From Eledone cirrhosa (lineage: Eukaryota), in contig OZ024741.1 of NCBI GenBank assembly GCA_964016885.1, positions 62,744,001 through 62,808,000 of the forward strand: a stretch of DNA of 64,000 nucleotides. Direction: 5' to 3'. The translations under genes and the position numbers were made by a program. This document shows, piece after piece, positions 12,810 to 25,082 of this stretch. The notes below the pieces were generated by a model, which worked only from the letters and a program-made list of their open reading frames with translations, did not search any database and was not told the DNA's origin. Positions within the stretch are counted from its first letter, which is position 1. Each line of letters starts with the position of its first letter.

Positions 12810-15360
12810 TTCCAGTAATCAGGTCGTTGTCTGTAAAGCCTAAGTTGACTGTGCAGCACACAAATTTGAGGTATGTATAGCCGACTACTTTGAAATGTGG
12901 ACAGCTATTGCTAGCGTTCTCTACCTCTCTACAAAATACCCTATCTAGCGTCTCTGTAGCATCTTGGACTTGAGCCTTTTCCTACAGTCACCTACATCCT
13001 GTGGGTATCTTTCCCGGAGATCTGCGTAGACTCCTGATACTTTTTGTATAAGCAGCTTATCTGCCTTTGTTTTCGAGACGAATTCACTTAATTTCCCCTC
13101 ACCCTCCATCCGTTGTAATGTCTATATGTTTCTTTATGAAACCCATTAACTCAGTGTTAACCTTCCGAACAACTGTGAAATTGTGAAGGGTTGCTTGTTG
13201 TTCCTCTTTCAGTTGATTCTGTTGTTGTTGCTGTTGCTACTGTTGTTGCTTCGACCGTTGTGGTATTTTACGTTTCCATGTATTTTCCGTTCATGTTGCT
13301 TTCGTTGTTGTGCTGTTGGTTTTCTATTGCCCACCGCTTGCCGTTGCTGCTCTTCTTTCCGTGGTAAATGTGATGGGTGTGTTTGGAGCAGTGGAGGGTT
13401 GTGTTGGGCAGAAAGCCCTGAAGTGGCCTGCTGTTTCACACGTGTAACATTAGTGTCTCTTAACCTCGACTATTTCGGGTATCCTTTTGTAACCCTCGAA
13501 GCAGGACCAGAGTCCCAAACGTAATTCACACCTAGAGCTCCGCGGATACTCCTCTTCTACCTTTTTGTAGGCTGGACTTCCATTCGATTACCTCTCCATA
13601 TACTTAGACCATTGCCATAATTCTGTCTTGGTCTCGGTGGTGTATTTTTCACAGTGAGTTTTGATTTTCTCTTTCCGAGATACAATGAAACATCACATAT
13701 TCTTGTGAGGTGCAGATCGTAGTAGAGACTCTTCAGGTTTCTTGGTCACTGTAGTAAATTGCCACCACGGTCCCGTATCTCTTTCCTTTTAATATATAGA
13801 ATACTAGCAGCAGTACCCAGCGTTGCCTGGGTAGGTAAAATAATATCTGCTATGATGAAAAGGTGTTGATCTTAGCGACTGCTTCTCGATGACTCATCTA
13901 TGGCCACACACAGGCCATGTGGGGGCGGGTGGTGATGACCTCTATCACTGAGAAACGCGGGTGACTGACGAAGAGGCATGCTGGGAGAGGGAGGAAATGA
14001 CCTCTAACACTAAGCCAAATTTGCTCACGCTACTTGATTGGATTCTCAAATACACAACTAAAAGCTCAGACGACGTTAGTGGCCATCGTTTTGCCTTTGA
14101 CCATCTATAAGATGTGCAATGATAGGTTCTATCGTAGTATAAAAGTTGAGCCAAATAAATTGATTTATGTGTGAGGTGGAGCCGAAGTTTCGAATTTGAA
14201 CGAAATCGGTTGAAAATGTGGGAGCTAATGATAGGTGGTCGTCCCTCAACAAAAAATGCAAGTGTAAAGCTACTATAAGATGTGCAATGATACGTTCTAT
14301 CGTAGTATAAAAGTTGAACTAAATAAATTGATTTATGTGTGAGGTGGAGCCGAAGTTTCAAATTTGAACGAGATCGGTTGAAAAATGCGGGAGCTAGAGC
14401 TGAAAAGGCGGATTTGAGCGAAAAGGTTCCTGAACAAAAAATCCAAAATGTAAAGCCACTTTATGACATGAAATAATCAGATCTAGCGTAGTGTAAAATT
14501 TGAACAAAGCAGGTTGATTAATGTGGGCGCTAGAGCCGGAAACGTGGAAATTTGAGTCTAAAGTGGTATTTTTGAATATTTAAGCGGCTGCTACCGCGTC
14601 CCTAAAGAAATGTAAAATATAAAGCGATTACAGGATGTGCAATGATAAATTCTATTTTGTTTTAAAATTTGAACGAAATCGGTGGCAGAATGTGGGAGCT
14701 AGAGCCAAAAATCTTATTTTTCGATACCCCCCAAAAAAGGTGACCCCCCCCCCCATCGATTTTTATCTGCAGAATGACCCCGGAATAAAAAAAAAACCAT
14801 ACTCTGATATATAGAAAACACTCCTCGATGACTAAGCTACGAGCCTGTAAAGTTTCATGAAAATCGGTCGTAAGATGTAGGCCCCTATAGGTAATACACA
14901 GACACACAGACACACAGACACACACACATACTTAATTTTATAAATATACAGATGACATCCTGTATTCATCTCAGGCACGTCTCAAACTGTATTGGATCGA
15001 GGTATTCCAATCCCTCTTTTCCCCTTGAAAACATCTGTATTCGATGGTTTTTCTGATGGTGTAACTGATTTCTTTTTCAGGCAAAAGCCATTACTCCAGA
15101 ATGAACTATATTGTTTTTGTATTTTGTACTCAATTCACTGTTTCCCTCACCGATTGCATTAGCGAAAGTGCGGTTACCTTGTGTCACTTTGCTAGTATCT
15201 CTGCCGTTGGTGGTGTTGTGATTGTCCTCTGTTTTGTTACTTTTAGATTTGTTGCTGTTTTTATTATCATGGATGATGCTATTGCTATACTTTTTCAACT
15301 TTTTGTTGTTGTAGTTGCTTCTCTCCTAGCTGACTATTGAAGCCATGGTGATTCTGTATT
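12810..15360 (-). mobile_element. Decayed, internally deleted Tx1/L1-type LINE (ORF1 with zinc knuckle + end of endonuclease), split by a Helitron
   Basis: CYTCETAGHFRAFCP (CCHC) at ~13405-13450; LDRVF...VGYT...VNL...PDYWKL at ~12810-12950 parallels YLDRV...AYSDHK...GPSYWKLN at 62670-62810. Confidence 0.7.
13804..14952 (-). mobile_element. Non-autonomous Helitron
   Basis: Minus strand A|TCTGTATATTTATAAAA...TACCCAGGCAACGCTGGGTA hairpin...CTAG|T, no TSD; internal ~168-bp direct repeats (14105, 14273) and more diverged copies. Confidence 0.88.
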
Positions 15361-15384
15361 GCGGTTATTTTTAAGGCAGTGTGT

Positions 15385-15563
15385 GACAAGACCGGCTCTT
15401 TGAATTACAGGTACAATTCATTCTTACCAGCTGAGTAGACAAGAACAACATGCATGAAGTCTCTTGCTCAAGGACAAAATGCTTCGCTGAAAATCGAACA
15501 CACGATCATACGACTTTATGATCGAGAGGCGAATATCCTAATCATGAAGTCACGTGACTTCAT
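15385..15563 (-). mobile_element. tRNA-derived SINE, second family (CORE/Meta-like)
   Basis: B-box-like GTTCGATT followed by GTCCTTGAGCAAGA on minus strand; related copy at 43555-43703. Confidence 0.6.
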
Positions 15564-16038
15564 ATGAGGAATTACATTACTGCATATTTAGAAAACATTA
15601 AAGATTTAAAAAAAAACATTATTCAATCCAAATATATACCTGACGCATTATAATTCTGGAAAATAAACACAAAATATGAAATCAACAAAAAATATAATTC
15701 AAGAAAAAAATAAAAAAGCAATAGATGAATAAATAAATAAATGAAACCCAACAATAAAACACAAATATAAACAACTAAAAAGGAAACATGTTTTCAGATG
15801 ATGGCAAAAAGATGTAAATAAGTTGATATCAACCAATGAAGATTATAACAGAAGAATGCTATAAACATTACAACATTCAGAAATAACGCATAACATTAGA
15901 GCAACCATATTAGCTAAGTGATCCCGTGCTAAGTGATTTCATGGTTTAAAGGATGACATTTTAAATGTTTTAATTAAAATATACATACATACAAACACAT
16001 ACACGCACACACATACACACGCGCATACACGCACACGC

Positions 16039-16089
<51 letters not shown>

Positions 16090-16421
16090 AGTTAAAAACA
16101 AAAAAAGAAACAATAACGAAGAGTACAGTACAAACAGTGTTAGTATTAGGTTCTCGCCTGAGAGTGAGGTGGGGGGGGGGCGTTTCGGGCGTAAATCCTT
16201 CATCAGGAGAAAAGTGGGAAGGAAAAGAGTTCCGAGGGTGTGAAGGAGAGTGGTGGAAAGACATTAAAAGGGGGGAATATATATATAGGAAAAAGTATGA
16301 CCCCAACGACAGAGCTCAAGCCGTTTCGACACCTATTTCTGGACTGTCCAGAAATAGCCGTCAAGTATTGAGTACACTGGTGCGTTATGGTCCATCTGGT
16401 TCCTTACCACAATTCCTTCGT
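16090..16421 (-). mobile_element. PLE terminal fragment between (TA)n tracts with hammerhead-like core
   Basis: Minus strand CTGATGAAGGATTTACGCCCGAAACG (16181-16206); hairpin CTATTTCTGGA-CTG-TCCAGAAATAG beside a second GAAAC. Confidence 0.55.
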
Positions 16422-16478
16422 TATATATATATATATACGATATTAACAAATGGAAACTATATTTATAAAACCATATTT

Positions 16479-16541
16479 ATTTCATTATACATATTTCAAG
16501 GATACGAAGTTAAATTATGGTATGCCTTCATCAGACAAAAT
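16479..16541 (-). ncRNA. Minimal type-I hammerhead ribozyme motif (inverted copy of 20191-20253)
   Basis: Reverse complement ATTTTGT-CTGATGA-AGGCATAC...GTATCCTT-GAAA-T-ATGT-ATA-ATGAAAT. Confidence 0.7.
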
Positions 16542-16617
16542 ACAATATATACTAGTTTTATAAATAAACATTGACGTACCCTTTCAAAATGCGACCGTTA
16601 CTTTTGGAAGACATCAG

Positions 16618-18573
16618 AAACTTTGATGTCACTTAAGAGATATTAAGCATAATATTGAAAACTTGGAGAAAACGGAGAAAATTCTAGTCAAGTCGGACAA
16701 AACTAATAATCTTTACGGAATACAAAAGGACATTTATAACGACCTTATATTGAAGGAACTAAGGAAGAAATACAAAGTAGCAAATAAGGACGAACTTGAA
16801 AAACTGAATACAGATGCCTCTTGTATAATGCATGAACTAGACATTGAAAATAAAACACAACCCTTCATGCCAAGGAAACCTAAGATTAATATGAAGGATT
16901 ATAAAAGAAACTTTGAAAATGATTTACCAATCAGATTAATTGCACCATCTAAATCTGACCTGGGCAGACTTAGCAAAAATATTCTAGACAGAATAATACA
17001 ACAAATTAAGAATTTACCTAATTTATCTTACTTAAAATTATAGAAAGGGACTAGTGAGGTTATCGATTGGTTTAAAGAAATTAAATATAACTATAATAAT
17101 AAGTTTATTCAGTTGGATATTGCTAACTACTACTCATCTATCACTCCAAATCTACTGAATAAGGCACTAACTTACGCATTTAAACATACAGACCTAACTA
17201 GAAATGAAATGCACATTGTATTATCGGCACGGAAAACATTAATAGAATTTAATAACCAACTCTGGACTAGGGCAGATAGAAATAATAATTTCGACATAAC
17301 TATGGGATCTTCAGACTCAGCTCAGGTAACGGATCTTGTGGGCCTATTTATAATTAATTCTCTACATAGAAAAATACCAGGTGTAACCGGAGGCTTATAT
17401 CGTGACGACATGCTTTTACTTATAGAAAATAATAGCTGTGAACTAAATAGAAAAAGAAAACAAATTATACAATTTTTTAATTACCTTAATCTAAAAGTAC
17501 AAATAGAGAATAACCATAAAATAGTCAATTTTCTAGATGTAACACTAAATCTCAACACATGTCTTCATTATCCATTTCACAAACTAAATGAGAACTTAAA
17601 TTATGTCAATTTTAACTCTAATCACCCCAGATCCGTTAAAAATACTATAGTGAACTCTGTTCAAGAACGAATTTCAAGAATTTCATCTAATAAGAATATA
17701 TTTGATGAAAAAGCGCATTATTACAACGAAGCGTTAGGTAGAGCTGGGTATAGAAATAAAATTAAATACATCGATAATAATAATAATAAACAAACTAACC
17801 AAAATAATAACAACTTTAATTATGGTAACAATTTTAACAACTATAATAGAAAACATTACAATAATTCCGAAAGCCGAAAAAGAAATAGAACTAGGAATAT
17901 ATTATGGTTCTCTCCTCCTTTCTCACTAAATATTAAAACCCCTATTGCTAAACTATTCTTTAAAGCTCTTGACAAACGCTTCCCTAGAAGACATAAATAT
18001 TACTCAATTTTTAATAGACATACTATAAAATTAACTTACTCTTCCACCAAAAATTTAGCGCAAAATATTAATAGAATTAATAATAGAAATTTAAAACCTA
18101 ACCAAAATACCAATAATAACCCAAGCAATATTCAATCGAATAATTGTAACTGTAGAAATAAATCCAACTGTCCGTTAAATAACAACTGCTTAGCTAAAAA
18201 TGTAGTTTATAATTGTAATGTTAAAACTAATTTAAATTCATGTAATTATGTCGGTTCTACCTCTACAGAATTTAAATCCCGCTTCAATAATCATAAAAAT
18301 TCTTTTACAGATCCAAACAAAAAATCTTCAACTTCGCTATCTAGCCTATTATGGGACCTAAAACGAGATAATGTTGAATATTCGCTGATTTGGAATATCA
18401 TTTCATAAGCTACTACTTTTAATTCCTCTTCAGAAAATTGTGATCTTTGTATAGAGGAAATATTCTTTATATTAAAGACCAAAAATTCCCTTAATTTAAG
18501 GAATAATTTATTCAGTTGCTGCAGACATAGATTGAACTCAACGTTTAAATATAAATATAAATTTAAAATGTAG
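16618..18573 (+). pseudogene. Naiad-type RT / GIY-YIG ORF, N-terminally truncated, with two in-frame stops
   Basis: ORFs 16663-17043 and 17113-18408 share a frame; TAG at 17041 and TAA at 18406, homology continues to FSCCRHR. Confidence 0.88.
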
Positions 18574-18723
18574 TATAATTAATTAAGTAATTTGGTTAAT
18601 ATATGAAACCTGTCGATAAATCATTAGATTCCTTCACCTTTTTCATTTTCTTTGGTTAAATACTCAAATATAAATTTTCTTCCTAAATATAAATATAAAT
18701 ATAATAAACTACTCTAGAAATGT

Positions 18724-19110
18724 TTATCCTTTCAATATCTTAAATAAACTATACGTAAGATAAATTTCTATACTAAATATATGAAACATATTATTTTAGC
18801 TTAAAATATTCTATAATATTTTAAAATATTTTAATATTTTGATATCTGTAGAATCCTTGTTTTTTAAGTTATATTGATATAATATTTTATTTATTTTTTA
18901 TTAGGTTTGTTTTTATTCTGATAGCTTCTCATAATTTTCAAAAGGTTATCCATTCAATATCTTGATTAAAATATACGTAAGATAAATTTCTATACTAAAT
19001 CTATTAAACATATTATTTTAACTTAAGATATTCTATAATATTTTAAAATATTTTAATATTTTGATATTTGTAGAATTCGTTTGTCTTTTAAGTTATATTG
19101 ATATAATTAT
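18724..19110. repeat. Direct duplication (~165 bp x2) in the Naiad 3' UTR
   Basis: 18724-18887 vs 18946-19110, both containing TATACGTAAGATAAATTTCTATACTAAAT. Confidence 0.85.
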
Positions 19111-20190
19111 ATTTCCAAAATATAATCCTTTTGTATTTTATATACTCAATTGTACTATGTAATATATTGATGTATACTTATCTCTATACGATTATGTATC
19201 TATATATGTGTATTGACATACATATACATGTGTTATATGCTTTTTTTATGATTATATGTCTGTCTGTATATATGCATGAGTGACGCGTGTCTACCAATTG
19301 GGTGAAGATGCACACACATATTTATATATGTATAGCTAGGAATTGTGTGTGTGCATGTACAGGCTTATCCATGCAGTTTTGATTTCAGATATGCATGATT
19401 TTAACAGCCATAAGCGCACGAAAGTTAATCTTATATATTTATATATATATATACTAAAAGTTAATCCTATATATTTATATATATATACTAACATTTTTTT
19501 TATTTAATAACACAAGGAATGTATAGCAGTAATAAGAAAAATCACTTATGCTTTGTATGTATATATTATATGCGGGAGTAGATATAATGTGTATTTTCTG
19601 AGTGTGTGTGTATATATATATTTATGTATCTTTGCCTATATGTACGTGCTATACGATAGGTAATTTCTCTAGCAATATATATATTTTATGATGTTTAAAT
19701 TCCAATTTTTAATATATTGATCTCAATTTTTAAACTAAATATCTAATCATAATTAAACAATGATTAATTTCTCATATTATATACGTATATTCCATTCATG
19801 AATATTAATATTTCTAATTTTATTTATTCATTTCATCTCAATTGTTAACTCAACTTAATATGACATGACTTAAGGTTTTCGTTCTCTCCCCCTCTCTCTA
19901 TCTCTATATTTCTCTCTCTTGAGTTTTTTCTCTCTGTCTGGTGGTTTGATATCTCTCTGTTGTTTTCCTCTGTTTTCTTTTTTCTTTTTTCTTTCCTCTT
20001 TTTCTTTATTTATCTCTCCCTTTCTTTTCTCCACGTTTCTCTCTCTCTCTCCGTCTTTTTACTTATCCTTAACACTTCGACACTTCGACTTACTAAAATA
20101 AACAAACCACTATCCTGATGTCTTCCAAAAGTAACGGTCGCATTTTGAAAGGGTACGTCAATATTTATTTATAAAACTGGTATATATTGT

Positions 20191-20253
20191 ATTTTGTCTG
20201 ATGAAGGCATACCATAATTTAACTTGGTATCCTTGAAATATGTATAATGAAAT
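20191..20253 (+). ncRNA. Minimal type-I hammerhead ribozyme motif in Naiad pLTR
   Basis: Stem I ATTTTGT/ATGAAAT (2 G-U), core CTGATGA, stem II AGGCATACCA/TGGTATCCTT, GAAA, 1-bp stem III with ATGT loop, predicted AUA cleavage after 20246. Confidence 0.75.
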
Positions 20254-20813
20254 AAATATGGTTTTATAAATATAGTTTCCATTTGTTAATATCGTATATC
20301 TACTCCAAATACTCGAGTGCTTTATATCAGTTATAAAAATATTTACTTGTTGTATCCCAACAATTTAAATAGAACTTTTGCACATATATATATATGTGTT
20401 GTTATACTTGGGGAGGGTCATATTGTTGTAATAATATTGCCAGAAATAATAACAGAACACACTCACTGTTTGGTTGGTTTTCGCTTCTGTATCTTTTATA
20501 TCTACGTAGTTAATTCATTTGGTCCTCAATGTTTAACATTGACTGACCAACGGTCAAAAATACAGATATAATATAGATATAAACACATATATATAGTCTA
20601 ACGAAGTTCTTTCGTTGCACATCTGCAACATCATCAGTAATACTATTATATTCTACCTGTTGTCGTGTATGTCTACGCCATTTTTATTTTCAATTGTCAA
20701 TTTTAAATAAATAAATGTTATTGTTAATTAATAAATAAATTAACTAATACATTAACACTTCACACAAAGTAAAATATTTTGTTTTAAACATTATCTAACC
20801 CAGAAAAAAGAGA

Positions 20814-20869
20814 AAAAATAAAGGAAAAAAAAAATTTTTCTTCCTAATAATTGTCTTTTTCTCCCTTTT

Positions 20870-20918
<49 letters not shown>

Positions 20919-20998
20919 CTACTTGTGTGCTCACTCTCCACATTTTACAATTATATACATATATAATTGTAAAATGTGGAGAATGAGCACACGAATTG

Positions 20999-21051
<53 letters not shown>

Positions 21052-21107
21052 AAAAGGGAGAAAAAGGCGATCATTAGGAAGAAAAATATTTGTTTTCCTT
21101 TATTTTT
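20814..21107. repeat. Nested imperfect palindrome (outer arm, (TA)n, inner arm), centre ~20960
   Basis: CTCCACATTTTACAATTATAT / ATATAATTGTAAAATGTGGAG inner; TCTCCCTTTTTACAT / ATGTAAAAAGGGAGA outer. Confidence 0.88.
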
Positions 21108-21175
21108 AATATATTGTGGATGAACATATATTGCGAACTTTTTTCATCTCAGCCATCAACCACATACGGCTATAT

Positions 21176-21267
<92 letters not shown>

Positions 21268-21574
21268 GTGTGTGTATGTATGTGTGTGTGTGTGTGTGTG
21301 TATGTGTATATGAATTTTGTATATCTAATAATATACCGTATATTTACGTATAAACATTTAGAAAGTCCTTTAGCAGATACCAGCAGAAGCAGCAGGGGAT
21401 AAGTCGGTGGTAGCTTTTCAATATTCGTAACTAAAGGGCTTTCCAAATATTTATTCCGAAACATACCGTATATCATTAGATATACACATTTCACATATTT
21501 ATATGTATGCTAGCATTTTTACGATTTTGCGTTTCGTTTCGCTTTTTGTACCAGCCAAAATACGATTCTCGCTG

Positions 21575-21631
<57 letters not shown>

Positions 21632-22341
21632 GCTCCGGCATAGCTGTATACATATAAATACGCGAATTTTGTATATCTAATGATATACGTTTACAAATAA
21701 CGATCTGGAAAGCCGTGTAGCTATGAATATTGAAAAGCTGAAGACTAGCGCTGTCTAGCGAAATCCAGCAGAAGCAACGGGGGATACTTCCAACGGGTTT
21801 CTGGCTTTGGCTTCTCATCAGGGCAGTGCTTTCCCGCCCTTCTCTGCTAGAGGTTGAAACAAGCGAAAGTATAGAGTTCTTTCGCCCATGTACATGGGCT
21901 GATTAAGCTTATTTGTATGGGGCACCGTCGTGATGGCTTAGCTTGAAAGTAGAATTAAAGTTTTCATTCCGACATAACTGCCTACATATAAATATGTGAA
22001 ATTTGTATATCTAATGATATACGGTATGTTTAGGAATAAATATTTGGAAAGCCCTTTAGCTATGAATATTGAAAAGTTGACGGCTACCACCGACTTATCC
22101 CTGCTGTTTCTGCTGGAAGCTGCTAGATGGCGCTAGCTATCAGCTTTTCAATAGTCATAGCTAAAGGGCTTTCTAAATGTTTATACGGTATATTATTAGA
22201 TATAAAATATTCATATACACATACACACACATATATATATATATGTGTGTGTGTGTGCGTGTGTACATATAACCGTATGTGGTTGATGGCTGAGAGGAAA
22301 AAAGTTCGCAATATATGTTCATCCACAATATATTAAAAATA
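21101..22341. mobile_element. Non-coding foldback-like element with long inverted ends and internal repeated modules
   Basis: 21101-~21375 is reverse complement of ~22160-22341 (microsatellite lengths differ); module AA(T)TTTGTATATCTAAT.ATATAC at ~21312, 21664, 21998. Confidence 0.7.
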
Positions 22342-22410
22342 TAGTTTTCTGTGTTGCCACCCACTACTTTCACCATCAACACCACCACAACTTTTCTTTC
22401 ATTTTTCTTT

Positions 22411-22412
<2 letters not shown>

Positions 22413-22450
<38 letters not shown>

Positions 22451-22467
22451 TCTCTCTCCCTCTCTCT

Positions 22468-22530
<63 letters not shown>

Positions 22531-22562
22531 TTTCTCTCTCTCCCTCTCTCTCAAACTCTCTC
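22413..22562. repeat. (TC)n microsatellite
   Basis: Directly visible. Confidence 0.95.
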
Positions 22563-23299
22563 TTATACAGAAAAATACTTATACTCACTGTGCCTTTTCC
22601 ATGAAGAATTGTTACTGCGTGAGATTAAAACAAATTTTTTGGCTTACTACTACAGCCCCCCTCTCTTAGGCACACACATAAATCACCTTTCAAGTGTGGC
22701 CAACGTTTTACGTGAAATATACAACAGCCTTAAAATAACAGATTCTTTTCTAATGTAAAATAATAAACATTTATAAAGATATAATACAAACAAAATATAA
22801 GATGATAGTGCAATATAAAATACAATCAATAGAAGAATTGTAACAATATTGAACACAATAGAATGAACAAAGGATCAACACAGGAAAGGAAGCACGAATA
22901 AAACCAAATAAAACCTACAACGAAGATAACTGTAACCAAAGATGAGAAGAATAACAGAAGATATCATTACAAGCATTTCAAATAATGTAATTACATTCGT
23001 TGAGAAGAAAGGTTTCAATGAAATATCAAGACTATAACAGCCGCTCGCTCGGATACACACACACACACACACACATACACACAAACATATATATATATAC
23101 TCATATATACACATAGAGAGACACACATACAGGCACACTCACACACACACACACACACATACACATATATATATATATATGGTTGCTATACTTTAAAGAT
23201 CAAATGTTTTACAAAGTGTAGTTGTAGTAACTCTTTAGTTATGAAGCGTTTGGCAGGGTTTCTTGCTTCGGAGTAATTTTTAAATAGATCTTTCATTTC

Positions 23300-23995
23300 T
23301 GGACTTGCCTCTTAATATAGTCCTAGCATATGGCAGGGCCCGGGGTTGGGGTGCAGCGGAATGTTTGCTATGCCACCTGCATTTCCCCTGCATCTAACCC
23401 GCAGTCATCTTCAAGAACACCCTTCAACATTCTTAACTTGTCTGCACGCATCAGGTTTCCAGAAAATGACTCGGCCAGCAGGTTAATTGTGACGTTTACA
23501 TGTCCGGCTAATGCGAGCCTCCTACGTCTTATGGTGCCAGAAAGGCGAAGGTGTGAGCCGTAGAGCGAATTATTTGCTACGTGTTTTCTGCAGGATATGT
23601 TCTGTAACCTTCTCAGTATCCGGGTCAATGTGCCATTAATGATCCGTTGGGGAGAAGGGACTTTACCGTTGCTTTTTGTGGCTTTCTTGATCGGAGACAC
23701 CCACATCTTTGATATGCCTTGCCTATCCTGGTGTCTACATTGTGCTCAGTGTTCATAAAACTGCCATTATACAAGGAGTTATCGAACTCCTTTATCTTCG
23801 AAGTGTCCCGTGCCTGCATTTGTTTATTTGACGTTGCATTGAGGTGCATGGGTTTTGTTTTGCCAGCATTCAAGGAGAGTCCAATGGACTGTGCTGCAGC
23901 ATCCACTCTGATAAGAACTTTCTCAACTTCTTTGCAGGTGTTTTTCTGGTGAGCTATGTCATCCACGTTCCAGGCAAACTGGATTTCGGCCAAAT
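23300..23995 (-). mobile_element. RTE-X-like LINE 3' fragment
   Basis: VDDIA...SIGLSLNAGKTK...DTRIGKA; INGTLTRILRRLQNIS...IRRRRLALAGHV. Confidence 0.8.
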
Positions 23996-24498
23996 CAAAT
24001 TAATTGAGAAAATAAATTTAAATGGCATAATATGAGACGGATGCTGAAAAGGAGTTGTCAGAAAATGTTCTAAAAGTGACACACACATTGTCCCTCATAC
24101 ACATACATTGAATCATATGTGTTTCTTTCCTAGAACCTTTTGCAAACAAGAACGAACGAAGAAGAGAAATGAGATGTACTATCAGATCCCAAAACTTTCC
24201 TTCTCCAACTCCTGCATCATTAATCTATACAAATATATTTTATAATTCAAAAGCACGCAATTATGCAACTGCATTCCAAAGCTTACTCTACAACTGTAAG
24301 GCGGAACATAGGTTCATTTCTTTCTAGCATCTCAGCTTAGCAATTTACAAAGGGTATAACAAAACAAGAGCAGCCTCCATCAATTTGTTGATCCACGTAT
24401 TGTAGATGCTACGTACAAAAATACTAAACACGAAAAAAAAGCACAAATATCAAATGCTTGCGCTGAGAAAGAGACGACAAAGTGCATAGATCATTTAC

Positions 24499-24548
24499 CT
24501 CCAGCGGTAGTTATCCAGTATAGCCTCAGCCACATTGGCTAAAATAAA
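24499..24548 (-). CDS. Candidate internal host exon, 50 nt (FILANVAEAILDNYRW)
   Basis: Minus strand ...GTGTCCTTCAG|TTTATTTTAGCC...CGCTGGAG|GTAAAT; open frame; no homolog recognised. Confidence 0.3.
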
Positions 24549-25082
24549 CTGAAGGACACATTTAAAAGAATGTAATTATCCGAATTCACTCAGACGGTAG
24601 ATAAACATTGTACACCCAACCTACACACTGTCATTATTTAGATACATTCAGACAATAAATAAACACTACAGATATAGTTTGTCTTCATGTCAAACACACA
24701 TATACAAACATAAATATAAATATCCACGCAAATAAACAGACAGGAGCCCACTCTCTCTCTCCGTTTCACACCCACAAACCCAAGACAATATAAATTATCT
24801 CAGCAGATTCAGACAGTAGATAAATGATAGAGATAGTTGTAAACACTCTGTTCGCAAAGTGAAATAAATTATTTTGCCGTGGGGATGGAAGTTGAAATAA
24901 TTTATTTAACTTTACGAACTTTTTATACTTACTATTTGCCGACGCAGACTATGTGTAAATTCCTCGGATGATACTGTTTAACTTTAATATAAACACACCT
25001 ATTATGTTTCTATGAAACGGTAAAATAAATAATTTATGTTAAACTGAAATTTAGCAAAATAAATATAGTAATATATACACAG

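Larger units (their letters stand above)
16433..20392 (+). mobile_element. Penelope-like retroelement, Naiad-type, 5'-truncated, with inverted terminal duplication, inserted in (TA)n
   Basis: VKSDKTNNLY, IRLIAPSKSDLGRLSK, FDITMGSSDSAQVTDLVG, GLYRDDML, NFLDVTLNL, SNHP, ILWFSPPFS, CNCRNKSNCPLNNNCL, VVY...YVGST, CDLCIEE; arms 16433-16617 and 20115-20299. Confidence 0.9.

Noticed and set aside
13785-13803. Apparent second Helitron 5' end (TCTATATATTAAAAGG) next to CTAG
   Set aside because: It is host LINE sequence; it reads in frame with the other flank once the Helitron is removed.
17041-18408. Selenocysteine readthrough in the Naiad ORF
   Set aside because: The two interruptions are TAG and TAA, not TGA, and the linker cysteines are normal codons; no convincing SECIS seen by eye in the 3' UTR.
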